DNA from: a virus
Taxonomy: Duplodnaviria > Caudoviricetes
IMG/VR virus record: IMGVR_UViG_3300025836_000014
Span: 1-40,958 of that record
Direction: 5' to 3' (one strand)
Length of the DNA: 40,958 nt
Below the pieces are notes generated by a model, which saw nothing but the letters and a program-made list of their open reading frames with translations, had not been told where the DNA came from and searched no databases. The stretch's first letter is position 1, and the number at the start of each line of letters is the position of its first letter. Positions 23,477 through 33,210 of the stretch are shown here, one piece after another. The translations under genes and the position numbers were made by a program.

Positions 23477-24412
23477 ATGCTCACGTACCCCATCCCGGGC
23501 TCTACGCTCACCGGGAACGCGACGCTCGCTCAGGCGCTGGCGTTCCTCAAGTCGCCGACTCAGATCGCGCGTCGCTTCAACGAGATCCTGTCGGATCACA
23601 ACTTCCTGGCGCACTACCTGCTCCGCGGGCAGTACAAGATGCAGGGTGGCGCCATCTCCATCGCCAACGAGGGGACCTCGACCGGCGGCACGTCGGAGAC
23701 CGTCGCCCCAGGCGGCGAGTACCCGATGCTCGCCCTCCCCGCAGACTCGGCGACCCTGATCGCAGCCCTCAAGAAGGGCCTCGCGACCGAGGTCACCGAC
23801 GAGGAGGTCGGCCGGCTCATCCAAGACCCGACCGAGCGCGCCATCCAGCTGCTCGCATTCCAGCTCGTGTCCGACTTCGACTCCGTGTCCCTCTCGGCGA
23901 TCGCCACGGCGATCACCCAGGCTGTCGCGTGCTCGGCGTTCACGGCCGGCGCGAACATCATCACCGGCGTCGAGACGGCGAAGGCCACCCTCAAGGGGCT
24001 CAAGAAGGGCTACCGGGCAACCTCGGTCGTCCTCACCGGCATCCAGTGGGCGGCCATCGCGGCCCCGCTGATCGCGGTCTTGCCGCGTGAGGCCGGGAAC
24101 CCGCTCACCAGCGGCGGGGTGCCGAACATCCTCGACCTCGACTGGGTGACCAGCGACGACCTGCCCTCCGGGTGGCTGCCGACCGTCGTCGACGCCAACA
24201 ACCTCGGTGGCATCGGCCACGAGGACATCCCGTCGCCGGAGTACGTGTCGCTGTTCAGCGTCTCCGACACGAACCAGCCGAACCGGTCCAACGTCGAGGT
24301 CGCTCGCTTCCGCGAGAAGAACGACTCGACGAAGATCCAGGTCCGCAAGGCCGACGTTCCCGTCGTGCGCAACGCGGACGCCGGCGTCGAGCTGACCGGC
24401 ACGGGTCTCTGA
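23477..24412 (+). CDS. Major capsid protein
   Basis: 311 aa; ETVAPGGEYP...KKGL..EVTDE (HK97-fold E-loop region); position in the head module. Confidence 0.85.
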   Translation: MLTYPIPGSTLTGNATLAQALAFLKSPTQIARRFNEILSDHNFLAHYLLRGQYKMQGGAISIANEGTSTGGTSETVAPGGEYPMLALPADSATLIAALKKGLATEVTDEEVGRLIQDPTERAIQLLAFQLVSDFDSVSLSAIATAITQAVACSAFTAGANIITGVETAKATLKGLKKGYRATSVVLTGIQWAAIAAPLIAVLPREAGNPLTSGGVPNILDLDWVTSDDLPSGWLPTVVDANNLGGIGHEDIPSPEYVSLFSVSDTNQPNRSNVEVARFREKNDSTKIQVRKADVPVVRNADAGVELTGTGL

Positions 24413-24786
24413 TGGCTGCCTACGTGGTGACGGCCCGGGCCGTGCAGTTCATCGTCGGATCTCGCGGGTTCCTCCTCGAGCGCGGCGCTGCCGTGCCCGA
24501 GGGGGTCGACGAGGACGAGCTGGCCCGGCTCGAGTCGCGCAGCTACATCGCCGAGGTCGAGGAGATCGTCGAGGACCTCGAGGACGACGGCCAGGGTGAG
24601 CCTGCGGGCGAACCTGAAGACGTCGACCTGGAGAAGTTGACGAAGGCGCAGCTCGTCGAGCTCGCCAACGACGAGGGCATCGACCTCGCCGGTGCCACGA
24701 AGAACGCGGAGATGGTTGCGGCGATCGCCGCGGCCCGCGAAGCCTCCGCCATTGAGCCGCCGATCTCCGGCGGTTCCGACCTGTAA
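24412..24786 (+). CDS. Head-associated protein with Rho_N/HeH-like domain
   Basis: DLEKLTKAQLVELANDEGIDL...TKNAEMVAAI; TGATG coupling. Confidence 0.72.
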   Translation: MAAYVVTARAVQFIVGSRGFLLERGAAVPEGVDEDELARLESRSYIAEVEEIVEDLEDDGQGEPAGEPEDVDLEKLTKAQLVELANDEGIDLAGATKNAEMVAAIAAAREASAIEPPISGGSDL

Positions 24787-24819
24787 CACCCGACACCAGG
24801 AGAGGGGGCGATTCCCGCC

Positions 24820-25215
24820 ATGCTTGTCTTCGACGACCTGAAGCCGTTCGCGGCTGATTTGACCGAGGCACAGTCCGCGATCGTGATCGAGGACGTCGAA
24901 GCCGAGCTCGCACGGATCGCCCCCACCCTGGTGAATACCGACGACCCGACCGTGATGCGGGTCCTGCGCGCCGCAGCCCTGCGGTACGCCGAGTACCTCA
25001 AGAGCGGCGGCCGCCGTCTGGTCGTTCGCGACAGAAGCCGTGGCCCGTTCATCAACCGGGACCAGATGGCCCCGGCGGCCGGCGATGCGGACATCTTCAC
25101 CGTCTCCGAGATCGACAAACTCAACGCTGCCGCCAACGTCGTCCCGACGACCCCGCTCGTCGCCTCGCCTGTGGGCGAGTTCCCCTGCTCTGATCTGGGG
25201 CGGCTGTTCCGATGA
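24820..25215 (+). CDS. Head-to-tail adaptor
   Basis: IEDVEAEL.RIAP...VLRAAALRY...GPF; position. Confidence 0.7.
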   Translation: MLVFDDLKPFAADLTEAQSAIVIEDVEAELARIAPTLVNTDDPTVMRVLRAAALRYAEYLKSGGRRLVVRDRSRGPFINRDQMAPAAGDADIFTVSEIDKLNAAANVVPTTPLVASPVGEFPCSDLGRLFR

Positions 25216-25802
25216 GCTCCGTGGTCGACATCACGATCACCCGCGGGACGACCACCACCACCACCACCTACGGCTGGGTCGCCCCCGCCTTCCCGACCGA
25301 CGCCGGCGAACAGCCGGCCCGCGCGTACCTCGAGAACGCCACACAGGACCTTCTCCATACCGGCGACGCCCTGACCGCCTCCGGCGTCACGTACGCCGTC
25401 GAAGCGGTCGGCTGGTGGCCTCCTGACAGCATTGAGGCCGTCCTTGCCGGCACCGACCTGCCCGACACGTGCACGATCGATCGCGAGACTGTCAGCGCGT
25501 TTGACCCGGCAACGAACATCGTCACCAATACGTGGGCCGTCATCTGGTCCGGCCCGTGCGACATCCAGATCGGGGCCGGTGGCACGACCTCGGTCGTGGT
25601 CGACAACGCGGGCGACCCGACGGTCATCGTCCGGGGCCTCGCAAAGATCCCTGCGAGCGTCACCGACGTCGAACTGGGCGATCGGCTGACGGTCACCACA
25701 TCCCGCGATGCGCGGCTCGTCGGCGTCCATCTGGCCGTGACCGCAGTCCAGATGGACACGACACCCGCGTTGCGTGTCCTCATGGTGTCGGACGCCCGAT
25801 GA
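25212..25802 (+). CDS. Head closure/stopper (DUF6093-like C-terminal part)
   Basis: LPDTCTIDR...FDPAT...WSGPC.IQ...GDRLTVT.S.D..L.G. Confidence 0.7.
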   Translation: MSSVVDITITRGTTTTTTTYGWVAPAFPTDAGEQPARAYLENATQDLLHTGDALTASGVTYAVEAVGWWPPDSIEAVLAGTDLPDTCTIDRETVSAFDPATNIVTNTWAVIWSGPCDIQIGAGGTTSVVVDNAGDPTVIVRGLAKIPASVTDVELGDRLTVTTSRDARLVGVHLAVTAVQMDTTPALRVLMVSDAR

Positions 25803-26176
25803 CGGTCGAAGTCGGCGTCTCCGACCTGTACTCGTTCGCCGACGAGTTCGTCGCCAAGAGCGGCGAGATCGGCGCCGGCGCGTCCAAGGTGCTCCACGAC
25901 GCTGCGAACGCGGCTGAGGAGTATCAGCGGGTCCACCTGGGACCTCATCGGGCCACGGGGGCCACGATCGACTCCGTCGGCACCGACTACACCGGCGACG
26001 GGCGTTTCGCCGAGATGGCCGCCAAGGTGGGCGTCACCACCTGGTATTGGCGGTTCGTCGAGTACGGCACCGTCAACATCGAAGCCGACCCGGTTGTGGC
26101 CCGCTCTGGTGACGCGGCCGACACGGTCCTCGTCCTCGGCCTCGACGACGTCCTGAAGGAGGCTGGGGCCGAGTGA
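25799..26176 (+). CDS. HK97 gp10-like tail completion protein
   Basis: TGAT..S....YWRFVEYGT motif. Confidence 0.75.
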   Translation: MTVEVGVSDLYSFADEFVAKSGEIGAGASKVLHDAANAAEEYQRVHLGPHRATGATIDSVGTDYTGDGRFAEMAAKVGVTTWYWRFVEYGTVNIEADPVVARSGDAADTVLVLGLDDVLKEAGAE

Positions 26177-26538
26177 ACGTCTATGACGTCATGACCGTGG
26201 TCAACGCTCACGGCGCGACGATCGCCAACGTCGAGTGGACGACCGAACCGGACACCGGCCACGGCTACGCGATCGCCGACTTCGGCGGCGCGCTCGCCAC
26301 TCGCTCCGGGAATGACAACCGGTTCGACTTCTCGATCCGGTGCTGCGGCTTCACGAAGGACCAGGCGCTCAACACTCTCAAGCTGGTCCGGGCCGCGTTC
26401 ACCGACTGGCGCCCCTGGCCCACGACACGGCCAGACGTGAAGGCCGAGGAGCTCGACTGCGGTCCGCTGCTGTCTTCTACCGCTGTTCCGGGCGACCTCC
26501 GCTGGTCGTCCACCCTACTGATCCGCATCGAAACCTAG
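26173..26538 (+). CDS. Tail terminator
   Basis: 121 aa, positioned before the tail tube gene. Confidence 0.6.
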   Translation: MNVYDVMTVVNAHGATIANVEWTTEPDTGHGYAIADFGGALATRSGNDNRFDFSIRCCGFTKDQALNTLKLVRAAFTDWRPWPTTRPDVKAEELDCGPLLSSTAVPGDLRWSSTLLIRIET

Positions 26539-26548
26539 AGGAGAAGCC

Positions 26549-26824
26549 ATGCCCGATGCTCAGAAGCCCAACACCAACGGCTGGTACCGCGTTCACGCGA
26601 TCGACGGTTCCGGTCTCGACTACTCGACCACGATCTTTGACCCGGAGCGGCACGTGATCGTGGTCGGTGACGCGTCCGACGCGTTCGGCCGCCCGCTGCC
26701 CGTCAGCGTCCCCGTCAGCGTCCCCGTCAGCGCCCCCGAGCCGAGGCCCAGGCCGAGGCCCAGGCCGAAGTCCAAGACCACGGACAAGACGTCCGCCAAC
26801 AAGCCTGAGGAGGCCACCAAGTGA
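26549..26824 (+). CDS. Hypothetical protein with PVSV/PR repeats
   Basis: GAGGAG RBS; GTGA overlap with the tail tube gene. Confidence 0.7.
   Translation: MPDAQKPNTNGWYRVHAIDGSGLDYSTTIFDPERHVIVVGDASDAFGRPLPVSVPVSVPVSAPEPRPRPRPRPKSKTTDKTSANKPEEATK
26699..26770 (+). repeat. In-frame tandem repeats
   Basis: CCCGTCAGCGTC x3 (26699-26734, third copy ends GCC) and CCGAGGCCCAGG x2 (26741-26764). Confidence 0.85.
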
Positions 26825-27333
26825 TCACCGACGTGTTCCCCGTGGGCGTGATGTCGCCCGGAAACAACCTCGCCGTCGCCGTACCGACGCTGACAACCCC
26901 GACCGCCCCGAAGATGGCCGACATCGCTGCCACCGCGCTCGACATGACGGACTACATCATGGCCGACGGTTGGGCGATGAAGTTCGACCAGGCCCGCGAC
27001 GACGACACCCGCCTGTCGGACTCGTCGAAGCGCGAGACGTTCGGCATCGCGACCATCGCGATGGAGGAAATCTCCTACATCTTCAACCCGCAGGGGACCG
27101 GCACCGAGACCGGTAACAAGATGCCGTCGGTCCTGATCCCCGACACGTCGATCTACATCGTGATCCGTCTGGGCAAGGCCCGCGCCACAGCCCTCGCGAT
27201 CGCCGACATCGTCGACGTGTACGCGGTCCAGCTCGGCAAGTCGGCCCAGTTCCCGCAGCCGGCCGGCAAGTACCTGCGGACCATCAAGACCAGCTTCACG
27301 AAGGTCGCGAACGCGATCGCGCTCGTCGCCTGA
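26821..27333 (+). CDS. Major tail (tube) protein
   Basis: AVPTL..PTAP...I....LDMTDYI..DGW...DTRL......ETFG...YIVIRLG...DIVDVYAV.LG; GGAGG RBS. Confidence 0.85.
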   Translation: MITDVFPVGVMSPGNNLAVAVPTLTTPTAPKMADIAATALDMTDYIMADGWAMKFDQARDDDTRLSDSSKRETFGIATIAMEEISYIFNPQGTGTETGNKMPSVLIPDTSIYIVIRLGKARATALAIADIVDVYAVQLGKSAQFPQPAGKYLRTIKTSFTKVANAIALVA

Positions 27334-27346
27334 CCCCTTCAAGACC

Positions 27347-27404
27347 CCCGGCGGGGTTGGCTGCCACGGGCCGCCCCGCCGGGTTCTCCGTGGATCCCGT
27401 GGCA
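27347..27404 (+). other. Stem-loop/pseudoknot candidate between the tail tube and chaperone genes
   Basis: Stem CCCGGCGGGG / CCCCGCCGGG; loop TGCCACGGG is complementary to downstream CCCGTGGCA. Confidence 0.55.
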
Positions 27405-27425
27405 ACCTCCGTGGAAGGAACCATC

Positions 27426-28025
27426 ATGATCGACCTCAAGGCCGCCCTGGCCGAACGCCGCAAGTCGGCAGAGTCCGCGTTGCGGATCAACGTCTGCCTG
27501 TCCCGTGACCTCGTCGACGAGTTCGAGGAGCTCGACGAGCAGCGGACCCAGATCATCGCCCCGTTCGAGATGCGCCGCCAGGAGGCTGCGGTCGATCAGC
27601 GGCTGAGCGAAAACCCAGAGACTGTGTCGGGGGCCATCAGCGCCGATCAGGCCGCGGCCACCGCCGATATCGACGCGAAGATCGCCGACGTGCAGGCACG
27701 CGGCACCGAGTACACCGTGCAGCTCGTCTTCGCGGTCCTGCCGCCCACCGAGTACCAGGCTCTGGTGAACGTCTACCTCAAGGGCGATGCGCCCGACATC
27801 GAGGAGTTCTCCGCCGCGCTGCTCCGGCAGACGTTCCGCGGGGTCCAGCAGGGTCACGAGCCAGTGGGTTCCGTGACCGGCGAGGACACCCCCGTGACGT
27901 GGGCAGAGATCTCCGAGGCGCTGAACTTCGGGGAGGTGGACAGGATCGCCCAGCAGGTGCTGATGGCGAATCGTGGCACCGTGGCCGCCCCTTTCTCGCG
28001 GAAGTCCTCCGCGACCAGCCACTGA
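27426..28025 (+). CDS. Tail assembly chaperone (gpG-like)
   Basis: GAAGGAA RBS; between tail tube and tape measure; slippery site near the 3' end. Confidence 0.8.
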   Translation: MIDLKAALAERRKSAESALRINVCLSRDLVDEFEELDEQRTQIIAPFEMRRQEAAVDQRLSENPETVSGAISADQAAATADIDAKIADVQARGTEYTVQLVFAVLPPTEYQALVNVYLKGDAPDIEEFSAALLRQTFRGVQQGHEPVGSVTGEDTPVTWAEISEALNFGEVDRIAQQVLMANRGTVAAPFSRKSSATSH

Positions 28026-28426
28026 TCCTGGCTGACGTCGAGGAAGCCCACAGCCTCGGCATCAGCCTGAAGCGGTACCACGGGTGGGAGCCACGGACGT
28101 GGGCCCGTGACGGCTACCTCGAGGTCGAGCCCGAGTGGGACGCCGACGAACGCGACATCATGCGGGCCCGGCGTGCGCTCGAGATGGACCGCTGCCCAGG
28201 TTGCGGCGGCTGGATGTCGCAGACCTTGACCGACAACGAACCGGTCGACGACCAGCCCGACCACTACTACGCGGTCGAGCCGCTGTGGTGCCGCAAGTGC
28301 GTCGCCCACGACCAGTGGCGCGAGACGAACAACGCCATGGACAAGCAGGCGGCCGGCACGATCGCCGACCGTCGCGTCTCTGCCCGCCGTCTCGTGTCTG
28401 AACGAAGGCCCCTCCCTACGACCTGA
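27989..28426 (+). CDS. Tail assembly chaperone -1 frameshift extension (gpT-like)
   Basis: Slippery heptamer C CCT TTC (27989-27995). The -1 frame continues FLAEVLRDQP...GISLKRYHGWEP...EPEWD..ER...CPGCG...CRKC. Confidence 0.75.
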   Translation, partial: PFLAEVLRDQPLILADVEEAHSLGISLKRYHGWEPRTWARDGYLEVEPEWDADERDIMRARRALEMDRCPGCGGWMSQTLTDNEPVDDQPDHYYAVEPLWCRKCVAHDQWRETNNAMDKQAAGTIADRRVSARRLVSERRPLPTT

Positions 28427-28435
28427 CGAAGCGAG

Positions 28436-31414
28436 GTGACGGCCATGGCACGTACCGTCGCCGTCAACCTCACCGTCAAGGGCGTCGCCGCCGTCAAGGC
28501 TGGCTTCGCGGAGGTCGCCGCAGCGTCGTCGAGTACCGCCGGCCAGTTGGAGAAGCACGCCACCAGCGCCAAGAAGCTCGGCTCGTCGATGCTCGAGATG
28601 GGCGCTGTCGCGGCCGGCGGCGTGGGTCTGATGGTCAACGCCGCGATGGACTGGCAGACCGAATGGATCCAGGTCGCGAAGACCACGACCGGCACCACAG
28701 CCCAGCTCGACGCGCTCCAGAGCTCCCTGCGCAACATGGCGACCGAGATCCCGACCTCCGCGAAGGACATCGCCGCTGTTGCCGGGGCTGTGTCTGCGCT
28801 CGGCGTCGCCGCCCCGAACATCGCGGAGTTCACGCGCGTGATGATCGAGCTCGGCGACACCACGAACATGTCCGCGGCCGACGCGACGACGAGCCTCGGC
28901 AAGTTCATGGCCGTGATGGGCACCGCGTCGGGGGACGTCGGCCGTCTCGGGTCGACCGTCCTCGCGCTTGGCGCCAGTAGCACCGCGACCGAGTCGGATA
29001 TCGTTGCGATGGCCCTGACGATCGCGGGCGCGGCGAAGACGGTCGGCATGACCGAGGCTCAGACCCTGTCGTTCGCTGCCGCCCTGACCAGTGTCGGCGG
29101 CGCGGCTGGTTCGTCCGTGGCCCAGGCCATGCTCAAGATGGACGCGGCTGTACGGGCCGGTGGTGACGGTCTGGACGCGCTGGCGGCCACGTCGGGCCTG
29201 ACCGCGGCCGAGTTCACGCAGATGTGGGGTTCTGACGCCGCAGGCGCTACCGCCGCGTTCGTCACGGGCCTCGGCCAGATTCAGTCCTCCGGCGGGTCCG
29301 TGGATGACGTCCTCTCCCGTCTCAAGATCAGCGTGGGCAAGCAGTCGGACGGTCTCCGGCGCCTCGCCGCCGACAGCGACCTGCTGTCGGCGTCGCTGAA
29401 CACGGGCGAGAACGCCTGGTCGGCGAACACCGCCTTGGTGACCGCAGCCACGAAGCAGTACGACACGGCCGAGTCGCGGATCACGATCGCCTGGAACCGG
29501 ATCAACGATGCCGCGATCACAGCCGGCGGCAAGATCCTGCCCATGGTGGCCGGGCTCGCTGACGGCGCCGGGAAGGCGGCCACCGCGTTCGGCAACCTGC
29601 CCGGTCCGGTCCTGTCGGTGCTCGGGTCGCTCGGGACGGGTGTGGCCGTGATTGGCCTGGTCGGTGGCGGGCTGCTGAAGCTCGCGGCGTCGGGCGCCTC
29701 GGCGCACAAGGCGTTCACGGACATGTCCACGTCGTTCCCGAAGACCGCGTCGGCTTTGGGGGCGGTCGGCAAGGCTGCCGGAGTGGCGGCCATCGCGCTC
29801 GTAGCCCTGGACGCCGCTATCGCCGTTGTAAATGCCTTGACCCCGAAAGCCTACGGCTCGCTCGACGACGCCGTCGGGATCATGATCAAACTCGCCGGGG
29901 CTAGTAACACCGCCGACGGAACCCTGAACAAGTTCTTCCAGGACGCAAACGGTGTCTGGAGCGGTTTTGGTTCGACCGACCTCGTCACCGGGGTCGACAA
30001 TATTGAGTCAGCCTTCGCCCGTATCAACAAGCCAGGCTTCCTCGATCAGATCAACAACGTCGGACAGGCGATCGTGTCGGCCATCTCGTTTGGCGGTGCC
30101 AAGACCGATATCGCGAAGATCACCGATCAGTTCACGAAGCTCGACTCAGGTCTGGCCGCGATGGGCTCCGGCGGTGGAGCGGACCAGGCCGCCGCGGCGT
30201 TCAAGAAGGTCGCCGCCGCCGCGGATGACATGGACCCGCAGAAGCTCATCGATCTGTTCCCCGAGTACGCCGCTCAGATCCGCGCCGCGGGTACGGCTGC
30301 CGGCTACACCTACACCTCGGCCGCGGAGCTCGCAGGGGCGATGCGGGGCGACCTTCCGGCCGGGATGACGGCAACACAGAAGGCCGCCGTCAAGGCGACG
30401 ACGGCGATCCAGGCCGAGGCGTTCTCCATGGACGACCTCGTCAAGTCCATGTTCGCGGTGTCGTCTGCAGCTCTCAAGACGTCCGGGACGCAGATCGGCT
30501 TCGAGTCGGCGATCCTCGACGCGGCGAAGGCCGCGAAAGAGACCACTGTGGCCCAAAAGAAGAGCGGCGAGGCCATCAGCCTCACCACCGAGAAGGGTCT
30601 CGAGAACCGGACCATGCTCAACCAGCAGGCCCAGGCGACGATTGCGTACGTGTCGCAGCTGACCACCCAGAACGCTGAGACGTCCGTGCTTGTCGGGACG
30701 ATGCAGCGCGGCCGCGACACGTTCATCGCGAACGCGATCGCGATGGGCTTTTCCGCAGCGCAGGCTGCCGCGCTCGCCGACGGGCTGCACCTGATCCCTG
30801 GAGACACGAAGGCGGCCGTCACCACCCCCGGCGCATCCGAGGCCCGTCAGTCGGTGGAGGACCTGAAAGCGTCGATCGCGACCTTGAAGCCGAGCGCGCA
30901 GACCTACATCAACACCATCCTCAACAACCAGGGCGTCGCGGCCGCCTACGCCGCGCTCAACGCCATCGACGGCAAGACTGTCAACACGTACATCAGGACG
31001 ACCACCATCGCCGCCAGGATGGACGCCGCTCCAGGGAAGGGCTACCTGAACGCCGACGGCGCCATCTACTACGCCGGCGGCGGCCTCCGGGAGAACCATG
31101 TCGCACAGATCGCCCGCGGGGGCGACTGGCGGATATGGGCAGAGCCGGAAACGAAGGGCGAGTCGTACATCCCGTTCGCCCAGGAGAAGTGGCCCCGCTC
31201 GCGTGAAATCTGGTGGGAGACCGGCAAGCATCTCGGCATGGTCGCCCACGCCGACGGGGCCGTGTACAGCGGCGGACGCAGCCCTTCCCCGTCCGTGACC
31301 GTTGGTTCTCCGAACGTCGACGTGTACGTCAAGGCTGCCCCTGACGGTTCGTATGTTCGGGCGATCGCCGAGGACGTCGTCCACCGCGAGGCTAACGAAG
31401 TGAGGTGGCGCTGA
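28436..31414 (+). CDS. Tape measure protein (TP901-like)
   Basis: 992 aa, Ala-rich helical; AAMDWQ...VAKT...; C-terminal AEPETKGESYIP. Confidence 0.93.
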   Translation: MTAMARTVAVNLTVKGVAAVKAGFAEVAAASSSTAGQLEKHATSAKKLGSSMLEMGAVAAGGVGLMVNAAMDWQTEWIQVAKTTTGTTAQLDALQSSLRNMATEIPTSAKDIAAVAGAVSALGVAAPNIAEFTRVMIELGDTTNMSAADATTSLGKFMAVMGTASGDVGRLGSTVLALGASSTATESDIVAMALTIAGAAKTVGMTEAQTLSFAAALTSVGGAAGSSVAQAMLKMDAAVRAGGDGLDALAATSGLTAAEFTQMWGSDAAGATAAFVTGLGQIQSSGGSVDDVLSRLKISVGKQSDGLRRLAADSDLLSASLNTGENAWSANTALVTAATKQYDTAESRITIAWNRINDAAITAGGKILPMVAGLADGAGKAATAFGNLPGPVLSVLGSLGTGVAVIGLVGGGLLKLAASGASAHKAFTDMSTSFPKTASALGAVGKAAGVAAIALVALDAAIAVVNALTPKAYGSLDDAVGIMIKLAGASNTADGTLNKFFQDANGVWSGFGSTDLVTGVDNIESAFARINKPGFLDQINNVGQAIVSAISFGGAKTDIAKITDQFTKLDSGLAAMGSGGGADQAAAAFKKVAAAADDMDPQKLIDLFPEYAAQIRAAGTAAGYTYTSAAELAGAMRGDLPAGMTATQKAAVKATTAIQAEAFSMDDLVKSMFAVSSAALKTSGTQIGFESAILDAAKAAKETTVAQKKSGEAISLTTEKGLENRTMLNQQAQATIAYVSQLTTQNAETSVLVGTMQRGRDTFIANAIAMGFSAAQAAALADGLHLIPGDTKAAVTTPGASEARQSVEDLKASIATLKPSAQTYINTILNNQGVAAAYAALNAIDGKTVNTYIRTTTIAARMDAAPGKGYLNADGAIYYAGGGLRENHVAQIARGGDWRIWAEPETKGESYIPFAQEKWPRSREIWWETGKHLGMVAHADGAVYSGGRSPSPSVTVGSPNVDVYVKAAPDGSYVRAIAEDVVHREANEVRWR

Positions 31415-33210
31415 TGGCAACCATCACGGGCGTGCCCGAGACCACGCCGCTTCCCCGTGTGGGGATCTCGCTGGCTGGCTGGACTGATGGTCCGGTGACT
31501 GTCACCCGCGTCCATGCTGACGGCAACAGGGTCGCGGTCCGGAGCATGCCTGATTCGTCCGGCGGGGTGAGCTTCGGCTACGACAACGAGACTCCTCTCG
31601 GTGAACCCTTCCACTACGAGGCCACGTCCGGGGCAACGCTGGTAACCGGCGGCTCGGTCCGGACGAATCTGTGCACCTCTCCGAACGCGGAGACCGCCAG
31701 TGGCACCGTCGTGACACGCACGAACCTGTGCACCAACCCATCGTTTGAAGTCAATTTGACCGGGTACAACAATATTGGCTCCATATCTATGACCCGAGAT
31801 ACGGCTCAAATGTGGGCCGGTTCTGCATCTTTCCGCCTCGATTCTACGGGTACCGGAGCACATGGAATATATCAGTATCCAGCAGCGGCAGCCCTTGGCT
31901 CTACGCTTTACACGGCATCAGCCTATGTGCGTGGTACTGGAACTGCATATATGTCGTTGGAATCAGATCCAGGTGGGGCTTCTTTCGTAACCGGTGCACC
32001 GATAACCCTCACTTCGACGTGGCAGCGGATCAGTGTAACTGGGACTTCTCCTGTAGGTGCCACGGGGGTACGTGCCAGTTTCTACCAGAACACAACGGGT
32101 ACCCAAAGCATGTGGATTGATGGGATTCTTCTTGAAGCCTCAGCCACCGCAGGTCCGTACTTCGACGGCTCGACCACAGCGGCGGGCGACTACACGTACG
32201 CCTGGACGGGGACCGCGAACGCTTCGACCAGCACACAGAGCGCGCCAGGAGTGGCGGGTTGGACAGCCGGGAGTGGCGCGTTGCTCACCCGAGACACGGC
32301 GAGTCCCATTTCAGGCACCGCCTCGTTCAAGTTGACTAACGGCGGGTATGTAGGCTTTTACTTCTCGGGGGTTGTAGCGGGAGAGACGTGGACATTCTCC
32401 CTGGATTACACCACAGTCGGAACATTGACGGGCACTCCGCAGTTGTATCTCACCCTGCCAGGTACTGGCGATACTGGAGCGTCTCTACCGCGAACTCAGG
32501 CCACACCGGAACGATTCTCGGTTACCGCTACGGCGACCGCCTCCGGGGCGGCAAGCGTCTGGATTTACGGCCCCCCTGTAGGGGATGTCATCCACTTCGA
32601 CAACGTGCTGATCGAGAAGTCTCCGACAGCGGGAACCTACATTGAGGGATCGCTCTGGGGCGACGTCATTGTCGCCCGGACCGACGAGCGGATCTCGGTT
32701 CCCGGAATGCCCCAGCTGGACTACCAGATCGACATGGTCGCCGTTCCGGCCGCGAAGAGGAGCCGGCCAACAGCCATCCTCGACGGGCCGTTCCGGTCGA
32801 TGCCGGCCGGCGAATATGGGGAACGTAGCAGCGCCAGGTTCGCGGTTCAGCTGTGCGCCGACTCGGTCGCCGAACGTGTCGCCGTCGACCAGGTGCTGCA
32901 GCAGTCCGGTGTTGTTCTGATCCGGATCCCGTTGACCGAATGGGCCGCGACGTACGCCATGATCACCGACGACGATCGCGACCCTCGGGTGTCGTTCCGC
33001 CGGCAGGGCACCGCCACCGACACGATCGCTGATCGGCGCACGTTCACGCTCACCTGCGTCGAGACCTCGTCCCCTGTGGGTGGCTCGTACGGCGATCCGT
33101 CGGCGTCGTACCAGGCGATCGTCGACTCCGGCCGCACGTACCAGCAGCTGCTCGACTGGAAGGGTACGGGCGCGACCGTCTACCTCGACCTGCTCCGCGG
33201 CGGATTCTGA
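31414..33210 (+). CDS. Distal-tail-like minor tail protein with two inserted carbohydrate-binding-type modules
   Basis: First gene after the tape measure; DNETPLG.PFHY; RTNLCTNPSFE...YTASAYV...TWQRISVT...WIDGILLE...YFDGS; second module ...HFDNVLIE...TYIEGS. Confidence 0.78.
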   Translation: MATITGVPETTPLPRVGISLAGWTDGPVTVTRVHADGNRVAVRSMPDSSGGVSFGYDNETPLGEPFHYEATSGATLVTGGSVRTNLCTSPNAETASGTVVTRTNLCTNPSFEVNLTGYNNIGSISMTRDTAQMWAGSASFRLDSTGTGAHGIYQYPAAAALGSTLYTASAYVRGTGTAYMSLESDPGGASFVTGAPITLTSTWQRISVTGTSPVGATGVRASFYQNTTGTQSMWIDGILLEASATAGPYFDGSTTAAGDYTYAWTGTANASTSTQSAPGVAGWTAGSGALLTRDTASPISGTASFKLTNGGYVGFYFSGVVAGETWTFSLDYTTVGTLTGTPQLYLTLPGTGDTGASLPRTQATPERFSVTATATASGAASVWIYGPPVGDVIHFDNVLIEKSPTAGTYIEGSLWGDVIVARTDERISVPGMPQLDYQIDMVAVPAAKRSRPTAILDGPFRSMPAGEYGERSSARFAVQLCADSVAERVAVDQVLQQSGVVLIRIPLTEWAATYAMITDDDRDPRVSFRRQGTATDTIADRRTFTLTCVETSSPVGGSYGDPSASYQAIVDSGRTYQQLLDWKGTGATVYLDLLRGGF

